DNA from: Pelagomonas calceolata
Taxonomy: Eukaryota
Length of the DNA: 64,000 nt
Direction of reading: 5' to 3'
Assembly (NCBI GenBank): GCA_918797485.1
Contig: CAKKNE010000003.1
Coordinates: 3,348,001 to 3,412,000, forward strand
Made by a program: the position numbers and the translations under genes. Positions 12,395 through 24,643 of this stretch are shown here, in pieces (within the stretch, counting starts at the first letter, position 1; every line of letters begins with the position of its first letter). The notes below the pieces were generated by a model. It was not told the DNA's origin. It saw only the letters and a program-made list of their open reading frames with translations, and ran no database searches.

Positions 12395-15300
12395 ATGACC
12401 TCGCCTTTAGAGCAGGCCGATGATGGAGGGGGGTTAACTATATCGTCGATGGTCAAAGAATTCCAAGGGCTCAAAGACAAATTTAAGCGCGAGGACGCTG
12501 ACTCGCGTGAGTTGTCGGTCTATATATATTTTGAGTTATTGTCTCCTTACAGCTTCTCCCTTCTCCGACCTTGAAAAGGCGACGGTACTGCAAGAGTGCC
12601 GTGTTTTTTCAGACTCTAAGGTTGTGACTGAGTCGCCACGCAAGTGTTCTCAGCTTATCACTAAGTTACTGCACATAGTGACTCAGGGTGATGCCATGTC
12701 ATCCTCTGAGGTGACTGAGGTCTTCTTTGGTGTTACTAAGCTTTTCCAATCCAGCGACGCTTCCCTTCGTCGAATGATATATTTCTTCATAAAAGAGGCA
12801 ACGCTCTCTAGTATGTCATTTGCATACTGTTGTTGCCTAGGTGGCCGAAACGTGTAACCCTGACGACATAATTATAGTGACCTCTTCTTTGACTAAGGAC
12901 ATGAATTCAAAGGAAGATTTGTTTCGTGCGAATTCAATCCGTGTACTTGCTAAAATGTGCGTGAGTTATTCTATAATGAGGGATACCAAGTTGGAGTAGG
13001 ATTGATGCTACCATGCTTGGTGCAATTGAAAGGTACATCAAACAGGCTATTGTAGACAGAAATGCGATGGTATCCTCGTCTGCTCTTGTTGCAGGTAAGC
13101 ACTTGCTTCCACTTCCACTTCCAGTAACACGGATATGACCAGGCACACATTTGATACGCGGGTCACCTGATGTTGTCAGGAGATGGGTAAACGAAGTACA
13201 GGAGGCCTTACATTCATCCTCGGATATGGTCCAATTTCATGCACTTTCCCTCTTATATGAGATCAAGCAACATGATCGCCTTGCGATATCTAAACTAGTT
13301 ACGAAGTTGACAAGGGGAACAATTTCAAGTCCCCTGGCAACGTGTCTTTTGATCCGGTACATTACTACCATTGTGCGCGATTCTGGCGGGAATGCCTTGG
13401 CAAGCGCAACAGGCCGCGCTGCATACCAATTTCTGGAGTTATCCCTGCGTCACCGCTCTGAGGCAGTAATTTATGAGGCCGCTAAAGCGCTTTGCAACTT
13501 ACCCGGAATAGAAGAGCGCGATCTCGGCCCGGCTGTGGCTGTCTTGCAGCTTTTCCTGTCTTCCCCAAAGTCCACGCTTCGGCTTGCAGCGATGCGAGCT
13601 CTTTCTAGTGTTGCAATAGCCAAACCATCAGCAGTCATAAAATGTAATGACGACATGGAGTCGCTCATCGCCGATAATAATCGCTCTATTGCAACTTTTG
13701 CAATTACGACTTTATTAAAAACTGGTTCTGAATCATCTGTTGATCGTCTAATGAAACAAATTTCGTCATTTATGAATGAAATAGCAGACGAGTTCAAGAT
13801 TGTTGTCGTCACTGCGATTCGGGAGCTTTGTCTCAAATACCCTTTAAAGCACCGTGTCCTTGTTGGATTTCTTGCCAATTTTCTGCGCGAGGAAGGGGGT
13901 TTTGAATTTAAGAAAGCGATTGTTGACGCCATTATTGCTCTCATGTGCGTAATATCCGAGACCAAAGAGTCGTCGCTTTTTCATCTTTGTGAGTTCATTG
14001 AAGATTGCGAGTTCACTGCGTTGTCGACACAGATTTTGCATCTTGTTGGTATCGTGGGGCCCACAACCGTTGCACCTGCAAGATATATTCGTTTTGTCTA
14101 CAATCGTGTCATACTTGAGAATGCAGCTGTGCGTGCAGCAGCAATTACCACTCTCGCTAAGTTTGCTGCAAGACTCCCAGCATTACAAGCATCTGTGTCC
14201 GTGCTGTTACGTCGTTCACTGCGTGATGAGGACGACGAAGTCCGTGATCGTGCTACAGTCGCTCTAAGATTGCTCGGAGAGAACATTACAAAAGATGCTC
14301 CTGGCGACGGCGAGGCAGAAGGCAGCCAACGGCCCTTCAGGCAAGATGCGTTGGCAGCGGACAGTACAAGAGATCTGCCACTTCAACCAGAAATTCACTT
14401 GCTTCTTGAACCGCTGCCAATGTCTTTTGCACAGCTCTCTGCCGCACTGAAAGAGTTTGAGGTTGCAGGTAGTCGTGAAGATGATGCCCTCGCACTCAGC
14501 CTCACAACTTTGCCTGTAGTCGATTACACGAGGCCGAGCTCTCAATCAGCGGTTTGTATTCGTCGTGTACCTTCAGCATAGTGAATCTGAGTAGGTGCCA
14601 GCTAGTGCATCGCTGTCCTCGTCAAATGACTCCGCTGAGTTGTATAAAATTCCTGAACTTGCTACTTTGGGGCGTGTTCACTCTTCAACCTCTCCTATCC
14701 AACTGACTGAATCGGAGACTGAGTATGTAGTATCTTGCATCAAACATATTATGTCAGAGCATGTTGTGCTTGAGTTTGCAATTACGAACACGATTTCAGA
14801 TCAATTGCTGGTGGATGCATGTCAAAACTGCAGCGTACGGGGTAAGATGTGATAAATATATGCGCTTGTGCCAGGCATTGTTATTGAGCAGGCACCTGAT
14901 TCACCGCAGCATTATGATCATGTGGCCTCTGTGCATGCCCCCATTTTACGCTGCGGTGCCACCGAACGAGCTTGGCTGATACTGCGAGGGAGTCCTGGCT
15001 CAACGTTTGGTGCCCCTGCTCATTTCCTTGCAGAGCTCAAGTTTCGTGTCGTTGAGATTGATCCAGCCACTGGGGAATTCGAGGGGGATGAAGAAGGGTT
15101 TCCGGAGGATTACCCGCTTGAAGATATAGAAATTTCAACTGCTGATTTCGTTGCGAAGGTGAGACAATGATCCAAAGTTATCCGAGTCTTGGGCCCTAGG
15201 CGGATATAAGCAATTTTCGACAAGCCTGGGATTCACTTGAGAAAGATAAAGAAGTGCTTCAAAAGTATTCTCTCCAATTCAAAGACATGGAAGTCGCGAT

Positions 15301-15603
15301 AGATGCTGTGATATCTTGCCTTGGGATGCAGTCATATACGTAGTCTCTGACGTTTTTTTTGCCCTTTTGTTGACACATATTACTATTAAATATATCAGGC
15401 CAGAGGATGGTACGAATGAAATTGATAAAAGCAGGATAGGCATGCCGCATACTCTTCACCTCTCCGGATGTTTTGCAGGGAACCTTGACATACTGGCACG
15501 GGCTCAGCTTCAAGTTGAAGCTAAGTTGGGGTGTATTCTCAAAATCGCTGTGCGCTCACCTCAACTTGAGGTATCTGAGCTAATATCTGATTGCATAAAT
15601 TAA
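12395..15603 (+). CDS. COPG: Coatomer subunit gamma, multi-exon
   Basis: LEKATVLQECRVF, LRRMIYFFIKE, VVRRWVNEVQEA, HLCEFIEDCEF, YIRFVYNRVILENA, LTESETEYVV. Introns include a GC-AG at 12798-12840. Start could be 12395 or 12449. Confidence 0.95.
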
Positions 15604-16204
15604 ATGCAGCCTAGATGACATTCGCATTTCTTGAGCCGCAGAGCGGTGTTGAATATGCATACAACTTACCGTGGCTCACCAATGACAAAATAAGTGCCGA
15701 CAAATTGAGTCGCCGGCTGGCTGCTCCGCTGTCTCAGGGAAACGACTCGACAGCTTTTTATCTGAGTCGCTGAGTGGACTGAGATTGTGAACCAGTAAGA
15801 GCTATTAACATTTTAGATGGACGGCCCCCCACACTAAATAAACTGGCACTGCCAGAAGCCCAAAATCAGGGTGACCGGGGGGATCCCAACCCCGAATTTG
15901 CCGTATCTCTATAACAAGATCAAAACGGGCGATCCGAGTCGAAACGATAGTGTTTAGAAATTTCCGTGCCGTTTCGGGAGACCTAACTGGCACCCCATCG
16001 GGCCTACCTAGCTGGCCATAGATTAGAGCCATAAGTACCGTGACCCCCGGCCGGGCTGAGGGCTCCTGGGAGACCAAATTAGCAGCACGCTGGCCCGGGA
16101 CGTGGCCCGGGCAGAGCGAATTTCTAATTTTTCAGTCCAGAAGCTCAACAAACGACTCGGATGGCTAGGGGTCCGTCCCTGTTATTATTGGTACTGTCAC
16201 GGTA

Positions 16205-16345
16205 CTATATTGTTGGTACTGTACAAGCCTCAGGCTCTAGCCTGAGGCCCGGGCTCCCCTCGGATTTGTGACCCGGGCCCGGGCCGGCCACTGCCAGTGA
16301 GCCAAATTGGCTGTGGTTTAAGTTTGCGGTTCTCAAATTAAATTA
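16205..16345 (-). repeat. Dispersed repeat family A, copy 1 (heavily invaded by octamer words)
   Basis: Reverse complement shares CCACAGCCAATTTGGC, ATCCGAGGGGAGCC and GTACAGTA blocks, in order, with 42861-42925. Confidence 0.7.
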
Positions 16346-16737
16346 GACCCAGTGGCACCCTTGACTCGGACGAAATGAGTTAGTTAATGAGTTTGTTTCG
16401 TGCAAAAATTGTGTGTGTGTCTCAACTTGAATTGAGCCATCATGATCATGATCAAATACACCACTGGCTTTTTCAAGTTCACTGGCAAGTTCAGCTTGAA
16501 GATTTCAACTTGAAGGCCGTTCAAGTTCATGTTCATGATTTATGTGATGCCGCAATACTCCGACCCCTACTCATGCTGGCAACACACTCCGTAGCTTTCG
16601 TGCGCCCCGCGCACGCGTCCTATTTAACACCCAACCCCGATCCCTTCTAGCCCTTATTATATGTCACGGTATCTATACGCAGTACCGTTGGTAAGCCCCC
16701 GGCAGCACACCGCTTGGCAAGAAGCCAAGACACGCTA

Positions 16738-17600
16738 ATGTCCAATGTCGATCTTGAATCAGCGAAGGGTGCATCGTCCAACGATGACACTCGAGGAAAG
16801 CTCAGTACCATGTTGAAAGCCAGAATCCAGGACCTCAAACCATTTCGCGAGGAACTTCAGTGCCGTAAACACTCTAGCAAAGAGAAATTAGCCGAGAAGA
16901 TACCGGAGGTAATTTTTACGGGCGAACTAGTTCACGGAGAAGGATTTCGAGGCACGCAGCTTGGAGTTGCCTGTAGTTGGCACTTTGTGTGGGATGATCC
17001 ATGGACGCTGCTTGAGGTAACCTATCACAATAATTGTAATTCATGGATCGTACGTCAGGGTAATTTCCGAGGACAAACTCAACTCGCCGCTTCAACCGAT
17101 TGCAATGCGCCTTGGAACCATCCGCTTGATATTCATTTTGCAGCACGGTCACCACTTGGCTGGCCGAAGCTTGTAATGCAGGTGCAAGAACTTGACGAGG
17201 TATGTAATAATACACCAGAGATGTTAGAACCATACAGTTATACTTTAGCACGGATGTTCTCACGTCGCGGGTTATGGGTTTTGTCATCTTCCAGTCACAC
17301 CGGGCTCTTCAGAGCTTACTGTTTGCTGCTGGAGACCGACTGGTTCCGTGCGAGACGAGATATCTGCATATTTCCTGGGAAACACATCAAAACTAACAAG
17401 CTATGATATTATCTCGGCCAAGGCTGCCTGGGCAAACCGTTGTCGTCTCGTAACAATTCCTACTGGAAAGGTAGTTTGAATTCAGCTAGCATACAATCAT
17501 TTGTTTTATTTAATAGGTGATTCTGAACCTGAATGTGATATTGAGGAATTTTGAAGGGAATATCGATATGCTCCAGCACTCGCGTGCGCCTCCTGTATGA
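16738..17600 (+). CDS. B9D2: B9 domain-containing protein 2 (ciliary transition zone), 4 exons
   Basis: PEVIFTGEL, W..LE|G..GQTQ, WNHPLDIHFA...GWPKL, VAGYGFCHLP..PG, CWRPTGS; three GT-AG introns restore the frame. Confidence 0.85.
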
Positions 17601-17765
17601 ATTTGGGTTTTGCAAAGCAGGATAATCTCTCCTGTGACTTGAAGCCAAGCCTGAGGTCCGGGCAATTGGCAATTAGTATCCTATCGGCCCGGGTAGTCTA
17701 CCGTAGTAGCAAGGGCAGCGGTGCAATTATAGGACAGACGTGGACAGTGGCAGGCGGGGCTCCTC

Positions 17766-18937
17766 AGGCCTAGGTTGCCACTTACCCCAGGGGTTATTAA
17801 CCCCAATCGCGGCCCGGGGTCAGTAACCCGGGTAATTACCCGTTAGGACGGGTTATTAACCCCAGGATCTTATATCTAGAGGGGTAGGGGAGGCCCGGGA
17901 GGGGGCCTGGGCCGCGCCGGGCCACATGACTTGGTACTTGCCTTGGCGCACCTGTACGTATCCAAAAGCTCAACGGGCTGCTTGCGCCCATCCGCTCGTC
18001 CTGAGGGGTCTTTTGCTAATCTCACTAAAAACGGGTTTAGTCGAAACCCGTTATTGAGCGGGTTATTAACCCCGGATCCCCTCCGAGGGGTAATTAAATA
18101 ATTAAATTAATTAATAAATAAATTAAGGAAGACCTAAAAAAAGGAACAAGCCTAAGAGCCTTCTCCCTGCTCGGTCAGGATACCCAACCGGAGCTTCGAA
18201 ATAGCAATAAGATAACGATACAACGGGTTTTCAATCTCCCGGGGTGTCCCCCATGACCAGCCGACAGCGGTACTCGTCAGTCAATTGCCGTGCGAGGGGG
18301 CAAAAACCGAGTATAATCTCGCAAGAAATGCCTCCCGTTCTTCCTCAAAGGCCTCGCATCCAAACAACGTGTGTTGGATTGTTTCCGACTCGCGAGATTC
18401 GCAACAAGGGCATTGCGCGTTACGAACAAGCTGCATTCGGCAACTCGAGCTCCGGAGGTCGTGGCAACCCAATCGGAACTTCGTCTTCAATCTCCGCCCT
18501 TCCCGAAGAGACGAGGGGCACGTTCTGAGTAAATATTCCGGCAAGCCGAAACGTTCTTTCTCGGCCCAATTGCTCATGTTATGAAGGGTCGTCATTCAAG
18601 TTCTCTTGAAACCGTCGGCGAGCTCGGATACCCGGCGCGAGGCGACGAATTCATTGACGAACTTTTTCGCTGCCGGTTTTTTTAGAGGCCCGGGCCAAAT
18701 CGCTTCTAACGCAAGATTTTCCGGGAACAAAGCCCCGTTCCTCGACGATCCGCGACCTTTAGAATCATTCATCAGGCCGTCGTATACGCGGCGAACGAGG
18801 AAATCCCGAGGGTCCAACGACAAGATGTTGTTGCGGAATTTCAACGCCGCGGCGTTTATACGAGTTGCGACGGACGCGACTATAGGTTAATAACGGGTAA
18901 TTAATTAACTTGAACAGGTAAGTGGCAACCTAGGCCT
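17766..18937. mobile_element. Non-autonomous TIR DNA element with subterminal repeats, carrying a nested LINE fragment
   Basis: Perfect 21-bp inverted repeats AGGCCTAGGTTGCCACTTACC at 17766-17786 and 18917-18937; internal GGGTTATTAACCCC repeats near 17791, 17850 and 18060. The TSD is ambiguous. Confidence 0.8.
18091..18885 (-). mobile_element. 5'-truncated non-LTR retrotransposon (LINE) 3' fragment
   Basis: ORFs 18596-18844 and 18281-18595 are in the same frame and encode KFRLGCHDL...CPCC...ETIQHTLFGC, a C-terminal CCHC zinc-knuckle region typical of non-LTR RT ORFs; followed by a 3' UTR and an AT-rich tail. Confidence 0.8.
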
Positions 18938-19188
18938 ACAGAGCGGGTAAAAGGTATGGACCCCTTCAGGCTTCGCGCTTGGTGAGGGGGATTTTCATAA
19001 ACTAGGTTCCTGGGGTCTATTCCCACCTTTTGACCAAGGTCCGGGGAGAGACGAAACGGCTAGGATCTTGGAATCATAGGTGCTGACATATTAGTGGGAA
19101 TATTAGTAGGATAGTGAATAGTGTATTGAACCGCCGCCATACCGCCATAGCCGCCATAAACGGAGAAATGTAGGCACACCTCGTATTT

Positions 19189-19763
19189 TTAGTACTCGGG
19201 ATCTGGAATATCAGGCACAAATTTTTTTTTCCATTCCCTTCCATGAGTAGTCATTTTCCTATAACAACATGGATCTTGCCGATTAAAACCAGCAGAACAT
19301 ACCATACATAGTAGAATTCGATGATTTCCTTTGTCGACTTCGTCTTGACAAATCGCTGCAGCATGTGAAAGTTTTTTCCATGTAAGGCGAGTGCGCCTAC
19401 CGATGTCGTCGAAATGCTGTATGTGACAAGTGCACACCTTCAAATGTGGCAATTTCGCAAGGAGACCAAGCCTCAAAGACTAATGGTCGACGTGCGGGGG
19501 ATATCATCGCACCCAGTAGAGTAGGCCGCTCAACACGATACTCGTTCTTGGCCTGAGCCACAAATGATTGAGACCCATAGAGAATATGCTTGCCGGGTCG
19601 TTTCCATATTGCCCGTATGCTACGTGTGGAACTATGAGATCGGACACTACGGTCACGTAATCTTCGACCTATGCCGTCGTTTAACCGGCGCATGTAAATC
19701 ACGATCAACCATGCGTGATGTTCGCCAGTGGTGGTGAATGCGGTGCTTTTCCTCATCGTCCAT
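19189..19763 (-). CDS. Small SANT/Myb-like domain protein, multi-exon
   Basis: Spliced reading: FEAWSPCEIATFEG|ALALHGKNFHMLQRFVKTKSTKEIIEFYYVW|KMTTHG. Start codon uncertain. Confidence 0.75.
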
Positions 19764-19920
19764 TGTGTTTTTTTAAGGTACCGTAGGTACCCCCCTAGGG
19801 CGCAGTACGATTTCGAGAGATGCGCGCTTTGTGTTTTGAGGCGTATCTGGGTATTCTACCCCCTCATGTAGCTGCGCTAACCCTAATTAAACTGAATTTT
19901 CAAGACGGCATCGACACCAG

Positions 19921-20530
19921 GCGCCGCGCTGGCAGTGTTCATCCTCGATTTCAAGTTCACTGGCCGCAGGCTTGACTCGGATGCAAGTGCTGCCCTTCAT
20001 GAGATTCGGTCCAATACATGAGGTTCAAAAGAAAATGCGTCATATGATGCAAATTCGATGCTCTGGCGGAGCTGATGCGAAAACCTGCATTCAAGGCACA
20101 GGTGGATACTTTTACAGCAAATGCTGAGGTGGTCGATCAACTTGAAGTAAGTAAGCAAGCACGGTGTTTCCGCTTTCTTAGGAAGCGAACCGCAGCCACT
20201 AACATCGCCCGCTAGTGCTAGTGACGTAAAAGCTCATGCAGCTAGAGCCAAAGTAGACTTCAAGTTCAAGTTGGAGTACAAAAAGTACAGTGCAGAATTC
20301 TCAGGCTCTGGTCAACAGCCCTACAATCACTGGTGAACGCTGCTAGGGATCCTTCACGTCTTGCTGATGCCGTGGCCGATCTCAAAGACCCTGAGATGAT
20401 AAAAAGTGCAAGGGAAATGATGGCTCAGGCTGAGCCGGCATTTCAGGTTGAGATGCAACGGATGATGGAACAGCCTGAAATGCGCAAAGTCGTGGAGGCG
20501 TCACGTTCCTTCGTGAGATGGCAGATATGA
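19921..20530 (+). pseudogene. Frameshifted remnant of a STI1/DP-repeat-like Met-rich helical protein
   Basis: Fragments ELMRKPAFKAQVD and LQSLVNAARDPSRLADAVADLKDPEMIKSAREMM lie in different frames with stops between them, and are interrupted by several +6 octamer words. Confidence 0.55.
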
Positions 20531-21084
20531 ATGCCAGGGCCGGGAACTTGACCCAACCAATCTACTTGACGCGGAAACCTTACTATAATCCGATGTTTCT
20601 CTCAACGTAGAACTGAATCGTCCGCCCCAAGATTAGATTCAGAAGCACACGAGGACGACAGCACATGAGGACGAGATTAGGGGTTCTTATGATCCTGCAC
20701 CTCCGCCTAGCCTACTTGAGGACAACTCGGACCTAAAACTAGGCTACTTGATATATTTGAACAGGCCGTCGACTTTGCTGTGCAAAGCGTTAAACTTTGC
20801 CGAAGCAAAGCGTAATGACGTTCCGTCAGCACGTTGCGCCGCGAGAAATTCAACGTTCCGTTTGGCGAATCGAATGCTCCTCTGAACAAGCGGCGGCAGC
20901 ACAATTAGATTCCCATGGAATTCTTCAAGTTGCAGCTTGAAACAACTCTACTGGCAGCCAGGTGTCTTTGCGATGCCGCCTCAATGAAGTGAATAGAATC
21001 AAGTCCATTTCATTGGGCATCAACAATTTTCAGCAAGCAGGGGGACTTTGATTTCATCATTGGGGTTTCGACGTGAGTGCGGTC

Positions 21085-24000
21085 CTAGCTCGTTCCTTCG
21101 CTTTGGCTGGGCCACCACGCAGGCAGGTACGAGGTGTAATTAAGAGGACAGGACTGCGCAACATCTGCCAGAAGACAAGAATATCGGACCTTTTGAATAG
21201 AGCGCCATGCAGAAAAATCACCAATATGGATATATGTGTTTAAAATAGGACTCCAGTTGTGCAGCAAGATTCTATTGGAGTCATCCTCCGCGGGAGCAGG
21301 TTGACAGGTACCGTATTGTCCCATGTCGTGATCGAAATTGGCGCTGCTAGGATGAGAATTTGTTAAGAATAGACATGCCTTTCCGTGATTCTCATCATAA
21401 GTGAATGTTCGGGCGTTCAGAGTCCCGAGTACGTTGCGATGCTCAGGCTGCTGTTCAGGCTGATGCTCAGGGGACATGTTACCATCATCTATGCAATCTC
21501 TGAGCCCACCCACAGAGGTAGAAAACAAGTCTTGCTCTACCTGTGATTCTCCGTCAGCGCGGTGAGATGCAAATATATTCAATAGACCAATGCGATTCTT
21601 GTAGCTTGCGAAATGATTTTTCACTTGCGTGCCTACCTTCATAGGATTAAGATCTAGTCTAATTTTTTGTTTCGTTTGGCCTACGAGATGTCGAAATGCA
21701 GACTTTCCATTCGAGTTAGGGAGAGGCCTGAGCTCGACCACCGTCGCCGATTGGAGTCTTCTTGTCCTGGCTACACGCACGACTGAAATATTGGTTTTAG
21801 TATTCAAGGGTCTTGGTAATAATTTATCTCCACTTATTATTAGCTTGATGCCTGATCGAGAATACACCCGACTACTTCTCGGCACCAATTGGCACTCTTC
21901 AGGAGCTTCCGACGGCTGAACTTTATTCTCGTCGCAATTTCCTAATGCTTCGGGAGTGGTCTGAGTTTCAACAAATTTGCCATTGAAGACGACTGGTGTG
22001 TACATGGGCGAACAGTATTGCCTCGGTGCAGAGAAAAGTTCGCTAGGTGATGCTTCAAATCTATCATCAGTGTGAGTGCTGGCACAACGCCCTATAAGCG
22101 TGGTCTTTAGATTGCCCTCGGCAATCTGCTTGTGCGCCAAGGCGTGTAGACTTGCATGTTGTTCTAAAGTTGTACACGTCTCAAGCCCTCCCCAACTGGA
22201 ACGACCATTGGCAGTTCGCTCTTGTTGAGGTTTGGGTGTTGGTCGGCCTCCAATCACATGCTTTCCAATGGGTTGAATGGAGAGATGATCGGCCGGCAGG
22301 CGGAAGCAGACAAGATTGCGCTGAAGGTCATATTGTAACTCACCGCCAAAAACTTGCACAGCCTTGGCTGTAACATCCCAGCAGATTCGAACGCCACGAC
22401 GCCTTTGCTGATGCTCACGAAGCAGTGCTTTGTAATTTATAGCATACTTGGTGTCGTAGTAAAGCCGGGCACAGTCACACGCACGCTTGTGCATGAAGAA
22501 AGCGGCAATTTTTCCAAAGCTCTTGGGATACTGCAGAAATTTATCAACAAATATGCATTTCTCCAAGTCAGACCATTGGCGGCTCTGCGAAGAAGTAACT
22601 TCTTCAGCAAGTGGATCGGATATGTGACGGCAACTCAAGGCTGATTCGCGGAGGCGCGTGTCTTCTTGCACAACAACAGATATTGGGAGCGGAAGTGGTA
22701 GGTCGCTTTCATTAATCGAGCCACGCTCAAAACGCGCCTCCTTAGCAGAGGATGCTAAAATTTCAGACATTACACGTTCATGCTCTGAGGTTTCCTCACG
22801 TAGTGCTTTGCGAGCTCTTGTCGGTGCTCCAAGGCTGCCCGCTTCATCACTTTCTACACATGTTATTGTGTGGCCAGAAGCAGTCGACCGCAAAGAGTCG
22901 AGAGAAAAAAGGGATGAGCACGACTCCCCCCTGTGTCTAAACGTACGTTCGTTACGTTTTGTACCTTCAGGTTGGCGGGGAGGGCAAAGAGAAGTATGCC
23001 CCCTTTGATACTCGCGCGCACACAAATTTGCGCGCCATCTTGTCTCTGCATCCTTGTAGTCATTGGCTTGTTGATCCAGGTAGAAGCAGAGCCTTCGCGC
23101 ACGTTTGTGTGCGGCTGCATGTAGAGCTGGGATGAGGGCGGCGTGACTCATTTCATTGGCATGCCAAAGAGGAGACTCGTGAGGCGTTCGGTAAAGGTGT
23201 TTTGGCTCCTGAGTATTCGAAGTAAGAATCCGTTTTTCTCTCACAATTTGCTTCAGGTCATGCACGACTGTTGGAGGAACACGTGAGCAATTTCCGTTGC
23301 TACAAGTAAGTTTGCTCTGCGAGGGGCCAAGAAACGGTTCAGTTTCGTCGGACATCATGCATCCAGGTGCCCTGCGCCAGAGATCCTGCATGTTAAAGAA
23401 AGCCTCCTGGATTAAGGCGTCGAGGCGGCCAAGGCCGTGCTCCAGCGGCATGGTATTGAGATCAACATCAATCATTTGGCTGAGAGCTATGCGCAGTTCC
23501 GCATCTTCTTTTTCGCGATCAGACCGCAGCTTTGCTACACGGCCTGTAAATTGCTGCTTGCCTGTGGCATGAGCAAAGCCGTATGCCGTCAGGTAGGAAT
23601 TGTCAGCAGGCGTTGATGGCGTTGGGAGGCAGTCCATTAGGATGGCTACGGTACTAGTCTCCTCTTGGCTCTTGACTGGTATTAATGTCATGCCGTGAGC
23701 GTTATTGGGGACATTAGTGTTTGTCTCAGTTGTCATAGTTACTTGTTCATGAGCTTGCAGGTTGTATGAGGGAACCTTGGGAGGGCGGTCAGTTCCCCCA
23801 TGAGGTCCACCCAGTGGTGCGTTCCATGTTTGCCGGCGGGCGGCACATTGCTGGTCTGTCCGCCGAATAAATGCAGAAGGTGTTTTTCCTTTAAGGAAGG
23901 CAGTCTGCGATTGCCATGCCTTGTTCGGAGACCCAGCAAGGGAGCCCTTGATTCCACCGGTGGACTGATGCCAGGACACGCTCCCTCCTGAAACATTAGG

Positions 24001-24096
24001 CGTAGGACGGATTTGACCCACATTGTTTACATTTTTTCGAGGTTGACCAGGGCCATTTTCTTCCCGCTGCCGCATCGTGCTACTGCAACTCTCCAA
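21085..24096 (-). CDS. NCoR/SNT1-like SANT domain protein
   Basis: 1003-aa ORF with WSDLEKCIFVDKFLQYPKSFGKIAAFF..K...DC..LYYDTK..INYKALLR, like the NCoR/Snt1 SANT1 domain. Terminal exons uncertain. Confidence 0.75.
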   Translation of the reverse strand: MESCSSTMRQREENGPGQPRKNVNNVGQIRPTPNVSGGSVSWHQSTGGIKGSLAGSPNKAWQSQTAFLKGKTPSAFIRRTDQQCAARRQTWNAPLGGPHGGTDRPPKVPSYNLQAHEQVTMTTETNTNVPNNAHGMTLIPVKSQEETSTVAILMDCLPTPSTPADNSYLTAYGFAHATGKQQFTGRVAKLRSDREKEDAELRIALSQMIDVDLNTMPLEHGLGRLDALIQEAFFNMQDLWRRAPGCMMSDETEPFLGPSQSKLTCSNGNCSRVPPTVVHDLKQIVREKRILTSNTQEPKHLYRTPHESPLWHANEMSHAALIPALHAAAHKRARRLCFYLDQQANDYKDAETRWRANLCAREYQRGHTSLCPPRQPEGTKRNERTFRHRGESCSSLFSLDSLRSTASGHTITCVESDEAGSLGAPTRARKALREETSEHERVMSEILASSAKEARFERGSINESDLPLPLPISVVVQEDTRLRESALSCRHISDPLAEEVTSSQSRQWSDLEKCIFVDKFLQYPKSFGKIAAFFMHKRACDCARLYYDTKYAINYKALLREHQQRRRGVRICWDVTAKAVQVFGGELQYDLQRNLVCFRLPADHLSIQPIGKHVIGGRPTPKPQQERTANGRSSWGGLETCTTLEQHASLHALAHKQIAEGNLKTTLIGRCASTHTDDRFEASPSELFSAPRQYCSPMYTPVVFNGKFVETQTTPEALGNCDENKVQPSEAPEECQLVPRSSRVYSRSGIKLIISGDKLLPRPLNTKTNISVVRVARTRRLQSATVVELRPLPNSNGKSAFRHLVGQTKQKIRLDLNPMKVGTQVKNHFASYKNRIGLLNIFASHRADGESQVEQDLFSTSVGGLRDCIDDGNMSPEHQPEQQPEHRNVLGTLNARTFTYDENHGKACLFLTNSHPSSANFDHDMGQYGTCQPAPAEDDSNRILLHNWSPILNTYIHIGDFSAWRSIQKVRYSCLLADVAQSCPLNYTSYLPAWWPSQSEGTS

Positions 24097-24643
24097 ACCT
24101 ACGAGCCCATACTACCGCATTCAGCTTACCCTAATCTCCCGTACTTAAGTATGAGCTTTGTAGACAATAAATAAATAAATACATTAAAAATCGAGCACGG
24201 AGGACACGCAATGGTCCACATAAATAAATAACCATAAATTAGCCTGACTCGGAGAAATCGAGGGCGGGGGAGGCATGGGGCCTGACCCCGATACAACTTG
24301 AATGGGCCCGGGCTCAGGCGGCCGCCGCCGCGGCTGTAGTCACGGTAGCGCGGCCTCCCCATTAATAGCCCAATCCCGGAAACTAGCTGCGACTGATCCT
24401 TAGGGGGTGCCTCACATTCTGGCGGAGTGGGGGCGGCTAAAAAAGCGAAGGGCCGGAAGGGCCCCCACGCGAACGTCGCGCCAGTGGCTCCCGGGCCTTG
24501 GCCCGGCGGCGTCACGGTTACGGTCACGGTTCAAGTTCAAGTTCGTGCCAATTCAGGCGACTATTTGGGCAACCATACAACAAAGGTCATCTTGTTTGCG
24601 TATCTTATCGAATCAGGGGGTGAAAATCACATCATGATCATAT

